Part shown: piece by piece, positions 35,200-46,171 of the stretch
Numbering within the stretch: position 1 is the stretch's first letter
Layout of the letters: each line of letters starts with the position of its first letter
Source: an uncultured Gemmatimonadales bacterium
GTDB lineage: Bacteria > Gemmatimonadota > Gemmatimonadetes > Longimicrobiales > RSA9
Direction: 5' to 3'
NCBI GenBank assembly: GCA_963816355.1
Contig: CAWFKH010000003.1
Span: forward strand, 352,001-416,000
Length of the DNA: 64,000 nucleotides
Translations under genes and position numbers: made by a program
Notes under the pieces: model-generated
What the model saw: the letters and a program-made list of their open reading frames with translations, nothing else
What the model was told of the DNA's origin: nothing
Database searches by the model: none

Positions 35200-36320
35200 C
35201 CCTGGCGCTCGTCAGGGCCCTGGAACGATCGGCCAGAGCCGGCGTCCTGGGCTCGTGCTTGCTCGCGGCGGGCGCCGCTCCGATCCACGCCCCCGCGCCG
35301 CCCATCCGCCGCGCGTGGCCGGTCATGGGGACCATGCTGACGGTGGCCGTGTGGCCTGCGGAGGACACGGATGTCGCCGCTGCGCTCGCGGCGACGCGGC
35401 ACGCGGTGTTCCGGGTGGACACACTGATGTCGACCTACCGGCCGGGCAGCGACCTCTCGCTGGCCAATCGACGTGCCGGGACCGGACGCCCGACGGCGCT
35501 CGCTCCGGAGACGGCCGAGGTTCTCGCGGCGGCGCTGCGCTACGCGCGCGAGAGCGGCGGCGCGTTCGATCCCTCGGTCGGCCCGCTGGTAGACGCGTGG
35601 GGCTTTCACTCCGACGCGCCAGGCGTGCCGGATGCGAGGCGTCTGGCGGATGCGCGCCGGCTTGTCGGATTCGGCGAGGTCGTCTTCGATGCGGCCGCGG
35701 GGGAGCTCCTGTTGCCTCGCCCGGGCCAGCGGCTCGATTTCGGGGGCATCGCGAAGGGGTACGCGCTCGATCTCGCCGTGGCGGCGTTGCGGGGTGCCGG
35801 CGTGCGGCGTGGCATGGTGGACCTGGGCGGTGGGATCCGCGTCTTCGGCGAGGCGCCCGATCCGGCCGGCTGGCGCCTGGGCATCGTGGACCCGCGAAAC
35901 CCGGAGCGCGCGCTCGCCGTTGTGAAGGTGGACGGCGGAGCGGTGGCCACGTCGGGCGACTACGAGCGCTTCTTCTTTCGCGACGGCCGGCGATACGCGC
36001 ATATCATCGACCCGGTTTCGGGGCGTCCCGTGCGTGGCGTGGCCAGCGTCACGGTGCTCGCGTCGACCGGGATCGCGAGCGATGCGCTGGCGACGGCGCT
36101 GTTCGTGCTCGGCCCGGAACGCGGCTGCGCGCTGCTCCGCGCCGAGGGGGCCGAGGCGCTCTGGGCGCTGGACGCGGCGGCGGATCCTGCGGAGCGGGCG
36201 GGTCCGGCCCGCGCCTCCGCGCTGCGCCTGGTCGCGACACCGGGAATGGCCGCCCGGCTCGACGTCGACGCCGCCATCGCTTGCGGCGCGCCCGCGGCCG
36301 TTCGGGATGCTCCGGGGTAG
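35196..36320 (+). CDS. apbE: FAD:protein FMN transferase
   Basis: MGT, MSTYRPGSDL, GAFDPSVGPL, DFGGIAKGYA, ATSGDYE, HIIDP, DALATA. Confidence 0.95.
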   Translation: MTLALVRALERSARAGVLGSCLLAAGAAPIHAPAPPIRRAWPVMGTMLTVAVWPAEDTDVAAALAATRHAVFRVDTLMSTYRPGSDLSLANRRAGTGRPTALAPETAEVLAAALRYARESGGAFDPSVGPLVDAWGFHSDAPGVPDARRLADARRLVGFGEVVFDAAAGELLLPRPGQRLDFGGIAKGYALDLAVAALRGAGVRRGMVDLGGGIRVFGEAPDPAGWRLGIVDPRNPERALAVVKVDGGAVATSGDYERFFFRDGRRYAHIIDPVSGRPVRGVASVTVLASTGIASDALATALFVLGPERGCALLRAEGAEALWALDAAADPAERAGPARASALRLVATPGMAARLDVDAAIACGAPAAVRDAPG

Positions 36321-36357
36321 CAGGGATCGACCCACACGTGACACGCGGAGAGGGTAC

Positions 36358-36759
36358 ATGCACGACGTGATGCGAAAGCGGATCCTGCGCAAGCTGGAAG
36401 CACTGCCGGAGGCGCAGCTCTATCAGGTGCTCGACTTCGTCGAGTTCCTGGAAGCGCGCTACGCCGCCGAGCAGTCGGCCCGCTCGACCGGGTTCCAGGC
36501 GTTCGCCGAGCGCCTCGAGGACAGCATGCGCGCCCGCTCGCTCGCGACGCGGGCGGTCACCGGCACGATGAAGATCGTGAGCACGGCGGGCAAGGTGATC
36601 GACGGCATCACGGGCGTGTTCGAGGCGCCGCCGCCGCGGGAGCGCCCCGGCGGATCGCGGCTCCCGGCGCGCAACGAGGACGCGCCCAGGCGCGTCGCCG
36701 ACGCCGCGACGCGCGGGGAGAGGCGGCCGGAGAATCCGGAGGCGTTGCCGGGGGGCTGA
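36358..36759 (+). CDS. Hypothetical protein, DUF2281-like N-terminus
   Basis: ILRKLEALPEAQLYQVLDFVEFL; RBS GGAGAGG. Confidence 0.7.
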   Translation: MHDVMRKRILRKLEALPEAQLYQVLDFVEFLEARYAAEQSARSTGFQAFAERLEDSMRARSLATRAVTGTMKIVSTAGKVIDGITGVFEAPPPRERPGGSRLPARNEDAPRRVADAATRGERRPENPEALPGG

Positions 36760-36777
36760 AGCGGCGGCGGCCGCCGC

Positions 36778-36806
36778 TTGACAGCCCCGGAGGCGAGGTC
36801 TATCGT
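36778..36806 (+). promoter_or_regulatory. Sigma70 promoter of guaB
   Basis: TTGACA-17 bp-TATCGT. Confidence 0.75.
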
Positions 36807-36810
36807 GCGC

Positions 36811-36900
36811 CATGGATAGGGTCTCTCCGCAACGAGAGCGACTGAAACGCCCGCGAAGGGACGCGCCGACCGGCGCGCTCGCCTCTCGCGGGCTTTGTGC
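36811..36900 (+). promoter_or_regulatory. Candidate cis-regulatory leader RNA of guaB
   Basis: CTCTC/GAGAG hairpin, then a long GCCCGCGA..TCGCGGGC hairpin + TTTGT. Confidence 0.45.
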
Positions 36901-36926
36901 ATTCAGCAGGTCACAGGGGAGGTTGA

Positions 36927-38402
<1,476 letters not shown>

Positions 38403-38522
38403 GCCGGGGGCGGCGGGAGGAGGCGCTAAGCGCCACGCCGCGCCGACCAACCCTCGTCGCGGGGCATGAAGATTGCGCCCCGGAAAGGTACCGGAATCGA
38501 CCGCCCAGAGCCCCGAAATGCG

Positions 38523-39650
38523 ATGATCTCCAGAGCGGACCTCCAGCGCGTTCTGCGCCGCGACGACGGCGAGGGCCCCCTCCTCAGCGTCTTCCTCGAC
38601 ATGTCCGTCAACTCGGACAACAAGCGCACCTACGACCTCTTCCTCGCCAAGCAGCGCTCGCGCTTCGCCGACAAGGCGGGCGCGCGCAACCACCACCTCG
38701 CCAGCCGCGTCGGCGCCGCGCTCGACCGCGTACAGGCCTGGATCGACGACGCCTTCGACGAGGCGAACCGCGGCGCGGCGGTCTACGTGGGCCTCGAATC
38801 GGAACGGCTCGACGCGCTGCAGTTCCCCGTCTCCATCGAGAACGCGGTGGTGGTGGCGGAAGCGCCCCGGGTCCGGCCGCTGGTCAAGCTCCTTTCCCTC
38901 TACGCGCACCACGGCGTGATCCTCGTCGACCGGGAGCACCTCCGCATGCTGAGCCTCTTCATGGGGCGGCCCTTGCGCGAGCAGCAGGTCGAAACCCGGC
39001 CGTACCCCGCACCGCACGACATCCGCAGCGGCGGCTACTCCGCGCGCGACTTCCAGCGGCGCAAGGCTGAGGAGGTGAAGCATTTTTTCAAGGAATTCGC
39101 CCGCGAGGTGAGCGAATTCGACCGCCTTCACGCGCCCGACGACTTCATCGTGCTCGGCACGGACGAGAACGTGAAGCAGTTCCTCGATTTCCTTCCCCAG
39201 TCGATTCGCGACCGCGTGATCCACACCGAGCACGCCTCCATCGACGACGCGAGCGCCGCGGTCGTCGAGCGCCTCGAGCCGCATCTGCGGGCGCGCGAAG
39301 CCGCCCGTGGCACGGACACCGTCCTCGAGCTGCGCGATCGCGTCGACCACGACCATTTCGCGACCGCCGGCTTCGCCGACACCCTCGTTCAGCTCCAGGA
39401 AGGGAAGGTCGCGACGCTGGTCGTCGGCGAGCCGCTCGAGCGCTCCGGCGCCCGCTGCTCGAAGTGCGGCTTCTACCTGGCGGACGACGCGGCGGCGCGC
39501 TGCCCGTACTGCGGTGGCGAGACCCACGACGGCGTCGATCTCGTCGAGACGATGATCCGCATGGCCGCCGAGCAGGATGTGGAGGTCGCGTTCGCGGCGG
39601 CTCCGGCGCTCACGGGCTTGGACGGCGTGGGCGCGCTGCTTCGCTTCTGA
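38523..39650 (+). CDS. Bacterial aeRF1/Pelota-like (baeRF family) protein with a zinc ribbon
   Basis: LSVFLD, ILVDRE, GGYSARDFQRR, GKVATLVV, CSKCG..CPYCG, GVGALLRF. Confidence 0.8.
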   Translation: MISRADLQRVLRRDDGEGPLLSVFLDMSVNSDNKRTYDLFLAKQRSRFADKAGARNHHLASRVGAALDRVQAWIDDAFDEANRGAAVYVGLESERLDALQFPVSIENAVVVAEAPRVRPLVKLLSLYAHHGVILVDREHLRMLSLFMGRPLREQQVETRPYPAPHDIRSGGYSARDFQRRKAEEVKHFFKEFAREVSEFDRLHAPDDFIVLGTDENVKQFLDFLPQSIRDRVIHTEHASIDDASAAVVERLEPHLRAREAARGTDTVLELRDRVDHDHFATAGFADTLVQLQEGKVATLVVGEPLERSGARCSKCGFYLADDAAARCPYCGGETHDGVDLVETMIRMAAEQDVEVAFAAAPALTGLDGVGALLRF

Positions 39651-39720
39651 GGGCGCAGCGCCGGGCCTCGCGCCGAGAGCGCCGCGGTGAGACGCCGCGG
39701 GGAGCGCGCCGCGGCGGGCG

Positions 39721-39749
39721 TTGACGCCGCCGCCATCGCGCGGCATTCT
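39721..39749 (+). promoter_or_regulatory. Sigma70-type promoter
   Basis: TTGACG-17 bp-CATTCT. Confidence 0.55.
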
Positions 39750-39827
39750 TTCGGCGCGCTCGGCCGTCACGGCCGGCGACGCTCATCCATCCCCTACGCC
39801 TGGATGAATCCGACGCGGAGCCGCGCC

Positions 39828-40448
39828 GTGCCCACTGCGAAGCCAGATTCCGAGCCCCGCGCCCGTCTGCGGGAGATCCTCGAAGCGCTCGACGACGTCG
39901 AGGCCGTCTTTCTGAGCGACGACGATGCGACGCTCTGGATCATCGGCTCCCCCGCGCTGCGCCGCAATGTGATCGCGCCCCAGGCCGTTGCGGCCCTTTC
40001 CGACGCCGGTTTCGAGGGCGCCGCTGTCGAGATCCGCTGCGTTCCCGGCTCGGAGCGCCGTGTGCGCCTCCTCGCGGTGGAGCGCATCGAGGAGGGCGAG
40101 CACTCCGTCCGCGTACGTGTCGCGCTCGAGTGGCAGCGTCGCGAGGTCGTCGGCGAGCTGGCCGGCGCCCGCTCGGAGCCGATCGAGCTGCGCACCGCCG
40201 CGCTCGCCGCCCTGCGCGCCATCGACCAGATCGTCGAGGGCGAGGTGCAGCTGCGTCTCACCGGCATCAAGCGGTTCCGCGCGTTCGACACGGACCTGGT
40301 CGCCGCTTCCGTGCTCCTGATCGAGGAGGAATCCCGGCGCCTGGTCGGCACGGTGATCGAAACCCAGGGCGGACCGCATGCCGCCGTCACGGCCGTGCTC
40401 AGCGCGCTCAACCGCGTCCTCGGAAACTACCTGATCCGGTCCGAATAG
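39828..40448 (+). CDS. Hypothetical protein
   Basis: GC-frame codon bias; AALAALRAI..LVG..AVLSALNR alpha/beta pattern; GGAG before the GTG. Confidence 0.7.
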   Translation: MPTAKPDSEPRARLREILEALDDVEAVFLSDDDATLWIIGSPALRRNVIAPQAVAALSDAGFEGAAVEIRCVPGSERRVRLLAVERIEEGEHSVRVRVALEWQRREVVGELAGARSEPIELRTAALAALRAIDQIVEGEVQLRLTGIKRFRAFDTDLVAASVLLIEEESRRLVGTVIETQGGPHAAVTAVLSALNRVLGNYLIRSE

Positions 40449-40692
40449 GGGGTCCCCGACCCCACCCTGCCGCGCAGCGCGCCCCGGTCCGCCCCACGGC
40501 CTGGCCGCCACCCGATGGAACAATCGCTAAAGCACTGGGGTTTCTAGGTTTAGCGACAATCATACAGAGTACGCGGGGCGCCTCCTGAACGGACGTGACG
40601 CCCGCTTCGTGTCGCGCCGATCTCGCCTGGCACGGCGCCGGTGGACCGCTGTGGTCCCGGCCCCGGGCGGTATACCCGACGAAGGAGGCAGG

Positions 40693-42039
40693 ATGACAGA
40701 ACTGCGGACGAGCCGGGCGCTCGTGATCGGCGTCGCCGCCGCGGCGCTCGGGCTGCTCAGCGCCCGTGCGGTCACGACGGACCCGACGGGCACGCCGCCG
40801 AGTCCAGCAGACGACTACGCGGCGGTGGCGGCGGAGGCGCCGGAGGCGAAGGGGGTGGCGAGGTGGGAGGCGGACCGCGAGTGGGACCTTCCGAAGACGT
40901 ACAACGACCGCGTCGGCTTCTGGATTGAATTCCTGAAGGGGCGCAACGCGGATCGCACGCGGCTGTGGCTGGAGCGGCTCGGGCGCTACGGCCCGATGAT
41001 CGAGGCGGAGTTGAAGGAGCGTGGGATGCCGCGGGATCTGGTCTACCTCGCGTTCATCGAGAGCGGTCTGTCGCCGAAGGCGTACTCGCACGCCGCGGCG
41101 TCGGGACTGTGGCAGTTCATCTCGGCCACCGGCGAGCGCTATGGACTGGAGGTCGGCCGGTACGTGGACGAGCGGCGGGATCCGGTGAAGGCGACGTCGG
41201 CCGCGCTCGACTACCTTAGTGAGCTTCACGACCGCTTCGGTAGCTGGTATCTGGCGGCGGCCGCGTACAACTCGGGTGAGAACCGCGTGGAGCGGGTGCT
41301 GCGCCAGCACGCCGGCGGAGCGAAGGGGGAGGAGTCGCTCTTCTGGAAGATCGACCAGTTCCTGCCGCAGGAGACCCGCGATTACGTGCCGCTGATGCTC
41401 GCCGCCGCGTACATCGGCAAGAACCCCGCTCGTTACGGGTTCACCGATCTCGACTACCAGAAGCCGTTCGCCTACGACGAGGTCGTCGTGCCGCCCACGA
41501 CGCCGTTGTCGACCGTGGCGGAGGCCGCCGGCGCGGACGAGGACGCGATCGGGAATCTGAATCCGCAGCTGGTGCGCGGCATCAGCCCGCCCGGCGGCGC
41601 CTATTCGGTGCGCGTGCCGGCGGGGACGCACCTCGCCTTCGCGCAGAACTTCGAACGGGTCTACGCCGAGCACCGGGCGGAGAATCGCGTCCGCCTCGCC
41701 AGCTACAGCGTGGGTCGTGGCGAAACGCTGTCCCACATCGCGCTGCGCTTCGGCACCACGGTGGCGGCGCTCGTCTCGCTCAACGATGGGATCGATCCCC
41801 GCGCGCTGCAGGTGGGTGAGACGATCCGCGTTCCCGCCGACGGCGGGGCGGCGCTCGCCTCGGGCGGCTCGCCTGCGTCGGCGGCCTCCACCCGCAGCAC
41901 CTACCGCGTGCGGCGGGGCGACTCGTTGTGGGAGATCGCACGGCGCAGCGGCGTGACGGTGAGCGACCTCAAGTCGTGGAACAGCCTCGGCCGTCGCAGC
42001 ACGATTCAACCGGGGCAGCGGCTGCGCGTGGGGAGCTGA
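40693..42039 (+). CDS. mltD: Lytic transglycosylase (SLT) with two LysM domains, MltD-like
   Basis: IESG, AASGLWQF, AAYNSG, ETRDYVP, two LysM; RBS AAGGAGG. Confidence 0.9.
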   Translation: MTELRTSRALVIGVAAAALGLLSARAVTTDPTGTPPSPADDYAAVAAEAPEAKGVARWEADREWDLPKTYNDRVGFWIEFLKGRNADRTRLWLERLGRYGPMIEAELKERGMPRDLVYLAFIESGLSPKAYSHAAASGLWQFISATGERYGLEVGRYVDERRDPVKATSAALDYLSELHDRFGSWYLAAAAYNSGENRVERVLRQHAGGAKGEESLFWKIDQFLPQETRDYVPLMLAAAYIGKNPARYGFTDLDYQKPFAYDEVVVPPTTPLSTVAEAAGADEDAIGNLNPQLVRGISPPGGAYSVRVPAGTHLAFAQNFERVYAEHRAENRVRLASYSVGRGETLSHIALRFGTTVAALVSLNDGIDPRALQVGETIRVPADGGAALASGGSPASAASTRSTYRVRRGDSLWEIARRSGVTVSDLKSWNSLGRRSTIQPGQRLRVGS

Positions 42040-42132
42040 GTCGGCGCGCGGGAGGGATGTGCGCGGTGGCGCGGGCCATGCAGACGGTCACGCCTACGCT
42101 GCCACTGCGAACCCCCACCAGCGGGAGAGGCG

Positions 42133-42357
42133 ATGTTCTGGATCAAGGTCACCCGTCCACGATACACCCAATCGGAGCATTACCGGGGAGAGATCGGCGA
42201 GGTCGTGGGGCGGTGGGGTCCGGAGAACAGCACCGACGGCCGCGAGGGTTACCTCGTGCAGTTCTCGGATGGCGAAGTCGTGGGCGTGACGGAGGAAGAG
42301 GTCGAGAACACGGAGGACCCGACGGGCGGCCGCGTGCCGGAGCGCGACCGCCCGTAG
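42133..42357 (+). CDS. Small acidic protein, possible SH3/KOW-like beta-barrel
   Basis: RBS GGAGAGG; GEIGEVV..YLVQFSDG. Confidence 0.65.
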   Translation: MFWIKVTRPRYTQSEHYRGEIGEVVGRWGPENSTDGREGYLVQFSDGEVVGVTEEEVENTEDPTGGRVPERDRP

Positions 42358-42400
42358 TTCGTACGGCCGGGACGACAGCCGACGGCCGCGGCCGCGCCCG

Positions 42401-42889
42401 TCAGGGCTCTGGAGCCTGCCACACGCCGGAGCGTCCTCCCTCCTTGCGGAGCAGCCGGATCGACTCCAGCCGCATTCCGCGGTCGATGCCCTTGAGCATG
42501 TCGTAGAGGGCGAGAAGCGCCACCGCGACCGCCGTGAGTGCCTCCATCTCGACGCCGGTCCGGGCGCTCACGCTGGCGGTCGCCTCGGCGCGCACGCCTG
42601 GAAGCGACGCATCGAGGGTGAAGCGGATGTCGACGGCATCGAGCGGGAGCGTGTGGCAGAGCGGGATGAGCTCCGCGGTTCGCTTCGCCGCCTGCATTCC
42701 CGCGACCTGCGCGACCACGAGCGCATCCCCCTTCGGCGTGCGTCCCTCCTGCAGCGCCGCCAGCGTCGCGGCGGCCATGCGGAGGCGGCCCTCCGCCACG
42801 GCCGTCCGCCGGGTGACCGCCTTCTCGCCCACGTCCACCATGCGCGGCCGCCCGGAAGCGTCCTGGTGGGTCAGCTTCGGCTCGCTCAT
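42401..42889 (-). CDS. moaC: Cyclic pyranopterin monophosphate synthase
   Basis: [40 protein letters not shown]. Confidence 0.96.
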   Translation of the reverse strand: MSEPKLTHQDASGRPRMVDVGEKAVTRRTAVAEGRLRMAAATLAALQEGRTPKGDALVVAQVAGMQAAKRTAELIPLCHTLPLDAVDIRFTLDASLPGVRAEATASVSARTGVEMEALTAVAVALLALYDMLKGIDRGMRLESIRLLRKEGGRSGVWQAPEP

Positions 42890-44052
42890 GCCTCCTCCGG
42901 TGCGGGCGCCCGCGCGAGCGCGGCGCCGATGCGGCGCAGCAGCCAGGCGAGCGTGAGCTGAGGATTGACGTTCGCCGTCGCGAGCGCGCGCGCCTCCTCG
43001 ACGGCGAGGACGGCATCGGGCGCTCCCGCGGCGGCGCCCGGCAGGCGACGCGCGAGGCCCCGGAGCCAGGCGAGCGCATCCACGTTGACCACGTTCGCCT
43101 CGCAGCCCTCGGCGACCGCGGCGACGTCGCGGCACCAGATGCCGAGGAATTCGAGCACGTCCCGGAAGCCGCCGCGTGCCCCCGCCGGAGATTCGGCGAT
43201 CGCGGCGGCGAGGCGGGCGGTGGCGTCATCGGCGACGGCGGCGTCGAGGAGGCGGCCGGCGGCGCGTCTGAGCGACTCGAGCGGGCCTTCGTCGCCGTCG
43301 CGCGGAAGGAACGCGAGCGCGCGTCCGATCGAGCCCTGCGAGAGATGGGCGGCCAGGCGGGCGGCATCCTCGTCGGCGCCGGCGACGGCGACGAGGTGTG
43401 CGGCGACCGCGTCGATCGGGAGCGGAGCGAGACGGATCGGCAGGAGGCGTGACCGGATGGTCGGGAGTAGCGCGTCGGGATCGGCGGCGGTGAGGACGAA
43501 GGTGGACCCTTCGGGCGGCTCTTCGAGCACCTTCAGCAGTGCGTTGGCCGCTTCGGGACTGGACTCCTGAGGCACGAGCAGCTCGGCGTCGCCGATGAGG
43601 AAGAGGCGGCGTTGGCCCATGGCGGGACGCGCGGCGGCGAAACGGCGGATCGTCTGTACCTGGGCGAGGTAGAGCCCGACCGGCTCGTCGGTCACGGAGG
43701 CTCGCAGCGGCTCGGCGCGGCGCCTCGCGAGCTCGGCGGCGCGCGCGTCCTCGAGGGCCTCGCGGAGGCGCTCGGGGCTGCCCGCCCCCTTCGGCCGCGG
43801 GAGCGGAAAGAACCAGGGCAGGTCCGGGTGCTCGAGGCGCTCGACCAGACGGCAGCTCCGGCACTCGCGGCAGGGCTCGAGGTCGTCCCGCTCGCAGAGG
43901 AGGAGCTGGCCGAGCCAGAGGCCGACGCGTTGTCGTCCGACGCCCGGTGCGCCGTGGATCAGGATGGATCCGGGGAGGCGCCCCTGGCGGGCGGCGCGGG
44001 CGAGAGCGGCACGCACGGCCTCGTGGCCCTGGACCGGAGGCAGCCCGCTCAC
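42886..44052 (-). CDS. holB: DNA polymerase III delta-prime subunit
   Basis: [32 protein letters not shown]. Confidence 0.9.
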   Translation of the reverse strand: MSGLPPVQGHEAVRAALARAARQGRLPGSILIHGAPGVGRQRVGLWLGQLLLCERDDLEPCRECRSCRLVERLEHPDLPWFFPLPRPKGAGSPERLREALEDARAAELARRRAEPLRASVTDEPVGLYLAQVQTIRRFAAARPAMGQRRLFLIGDAELLVPQESSPEAANALLKVLEEPPEGSTFVLTAADPDALLPTIRSRLLPIRLAPLPIDAVAAHLVAVAGADEDAARLAAHLSQGSIGRALAFLPRDGDEGPLESLRRAAGRLLDAAVADDATARLAAAIAESPAGARGGFRDVLEFLGIWCRDVAAVAEGCEANVVNVDALAWLRGLARRLPGAAAGAPDAVLAVEEARALATANVNPQLTLAWLLRRIGAALARAPAPEEA

Positions 44053-45317
44053 GGCCGCCCCTGCGTGCGCAGCCAGGTGAGCGGGTCCACCGGCACCGGC
44101 GCGCCGTTCACCGGCGCCCGCACCTGGAACTCGACGTGCGGCCCCTCCATCGTACGCGCGCCGCCGACGCGCCCGAGCACCTGTCCCACTTTCACCGTGT
44201 CGCCTTCCTCGACCGCCGTCGATTGCAGGTACAAATAGAGCGTGTAGTAGCCGCCGCCGTGGGAAAGCATGACGGATGGGCCGTAGCCCTCGAACGGCCC
44301 CGCGAGCACCACCGTGCCGTCGGCGACCGCCTTCACGGGCGTTCCCGCCGGCGCGCCGATGCCGATGCCGTTCCAGCGCAGGGTGACGCCGTTGGGCCGC
44401 CGGTCGGGGCCGAAGCGATAGAGGAGCCGTCCATCGACCGGCCAGCGCAACGCGCCAATGTCGCGCGTCGTGATCGTGCCGCCCGAAGCGGGCTGTCCCG
44501 CGCTCGCCCGCCGCCGCTCCTCCTCCCTGCGCCGGCGCTCCAGCTCGGCGACGAGGTCGGTGAGGCGGGCGGCGTCGCGCTGCAACTGCTGCAGCCGACC
44601 TGCGGCCTCCTTCTGCCGCCCCTGAAAATTGCGCAGCGTGCGCTGGTGCCGGCTCTCCAGGATCTGCAGCCGGTTCACCTCGTCGGCCTTCTCCGAGCGC
44701 ACCTGATCGAGCTGGCTCTGCCGGTCTCGCAGCTCGCGCTCCTGCGCGCTCAGACGCGCCTCCAGACGCGAGATGTCGCTCACCAGCGCCCTGTCGTGCA
44801 GCGCGATGATGTGGAGATACTTGTAGCGGTTCAGCAGCTCCGCGAAGGAGCGTGCGCCGAGCAGCGCCTCCGCCGGCTTGAGCGGGCCGCGCTCGTAGAT
44901 CGCGCGCAGCCGCCCCCGCAGCAGCGCCGTGCGCTGCGTCAGCAGGTCCCGCGTGCGGACGAGCGCGCCGCCGACCGTCGCGATGCTCGCCTCCACCGCG
45001 GAAGACTGGAAATTGAGCTCGGTGAGCGCCTGGTTCGACATCGCGACCTGACGCTCGATGTTGCCAAGCTCTCCCGAGACGTCCCGCACGCTCGTGCGGA
45101 GCTGCGCCATCTCCTTCTCCAGACGCTCGCGCTCCTGACGGATCTGCTCGAGCCGCAGCCGGCTCTCGCGCAGCTCCTTGCTCACCCCTTCGGCGGGCGT
45201 CGGCGCCTGCTGGCCTCGCGTCGCCGCGGGCACCGCCAGCGCCAGCGCCGCGGCGGTCCCAGCGACGGCCCACCGCGCGGCCGCGCGCGTCGGCGCCCCG
45301 CCGCGCCGCCGCCTCAT
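44049..45317 (-). CDS. envC: Murein hydrolase activator, coiled coil + degenerate M23
   Basis: Long coiled coil, WPVDG, WNGIGI, YTLY; M23 Zn ligands degenerate; follows ftsEX. Confidence 0.88.
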   Translation of the reverse strand: MRRRRGGAPTRAAARWAVAGTAAALALAVPAATRGQQAPTPAEGVSKELRESRLRLEQIRQERERLEKEMAQLRTSVRDVSGELGNIERQVAMSNQALTELNFQSSAVEASIATVGGALVRTRDLLTQRTALLRGRLRAIYERGPLKPAEALLGARSFAELLNRYKYLHIIALHDRALVSDISRLEARLSAQERELRDRQSQLDQVRSEKADEVNRLQILESRHQRTLRNFQGRQKEAAGRLQQLQRDAARLTDLVAELERRRREEERRRASAGQPASGGTITTRDIGALRWPVDGRLLYRFGPDRRPNGVTLRWNGIGIGAPAGTPVKAVADGTVVLAGPFEGYGPSVMLSHGGGYYTLYLYLQSTAVEEGDTVKVGQVLGRVGGARTMEGPHVEFQVRAPVNGAPVPVDPLTWLRTQGRP

Positions 45318-46171
45318 CGCGCTCGCAGGTGGCGCCGCACGGCGAATCCGCTCGCGAAGACGCCGAGCAGCGCGCCCGCCGCCACGCCGCCCGCGGCCCA
45401 CGATGGCGGGATCCAGTCGAGCGCGAACACGGCGCCGGAGAGGACGCGATAGCTGAGGAACGTCAGGCCGAGCGCCAGCAACCCTCCGAGCGCCCCGGTG
45501 AGCAGGCCTTCGACGAGGAAGGGGCGGCTCACGAACGCCTCCGTCGCTCCCACCAGCCGCATGATCGCGATCTCCTCGCCGCGCGCGAAGATCGCCATCC
45601 GCACCGCGGCGCCGATCAGGAGCACGGCGGTCGCGGCGAACGCGCCGCCGAGCACGATCGTCGCGACGGCCGCGATGCGCCGCAGCAGGAAGATCCGGTC
45701 CAGCCAATCGTCGCCGAAGCGCACGTCTTCGATCGCGGGATAGGCAGCGATGCGGCGGGCGACCGCGCGCACGGCCTCCGCGTCGCGCTGTCCCGGCCGC
45801 AGTCGTACCTCGAGGGAGGCAGGGAGCGGATTCTCGTCGAGCTGCGAGAAGACCGGACTCAGGTCGCCGAGCTCGCGTCGCGCGGTCTCGAGCGCCTGCT
45901 CGCGCGATACGTAGTCGACCTCGCTCACCTCCGGAAAGGCCGCGACGTCGCGTCGCATCACATCGACCGCGCCCGCGTCGGCGTCGTCGTGGAGATACGC
46001 CACGATCTCGACGCGCGCCTCCACGCGGGCGAGCGCCCGCCGGATGTTGTAGGCGACGACGCCGAAGAGGCCCCCGGCGTAGAGCGAGAGACCGATCATC
46101 GCGGCCGCCAGCGTCGTCAGCAGCGGCGCGCGCCGGAACGCCGCGAACGCCTCGCGCACCGCGTACCTCAT
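45314..46171 (-). CDS. ftsX: Cell division permease-like protein
   Basis: NPLPASLEV, EIAIMRLVGAT..PFLVEG. Confidence 0.93.
   Translation of the reverse strand: MRYAVREAFAAFRRAPLLTTLAAAMIGLSLYAGGLFGVVAYNIRRALARVEARVEIVAYLHDDADAGAVDVMRRDVAAFPEVSEVDYVSREQALETARRELGDLSPVFSQLDENPLPASLEVRLRPGQRDAEAVRAVARRIAAYPAIEDVRFGDDWLDRIFLLRRIAAVATIVLGGAFAATAVLLIGAAVRMAIFARGEEIAIMRLVGATEAFVSRPFLVEGLLTGALGGLLALGLTFLSYRVLSGAVFALDWIPPSWAAGGVAAGALLGVFASGFAVRRHLRAR

Noticed and set aside
36358..36759. DUF2281-like gene as part of a toxin-antitoxin pair or of the ApbE module
   Set aside because: No adjacent toxin ORF; linkage to apbE is only a 37-bp gap, so the question is left unresolved
44049..44460. M23 domain lacking Zn ligands as a pseudogene
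   Set aside because: A degenerate M23 site is the normal state of EnvC next to ftsEX
42886..45273. Apparent long N-terminal extensions or fusions on holB, mfd, BatA, apbE, tupC, mobA and lepA
   Set aside because: The extensions overlap upstream genes in another frame; real starts sit at NTGA overlaps or near the motif-bearing region
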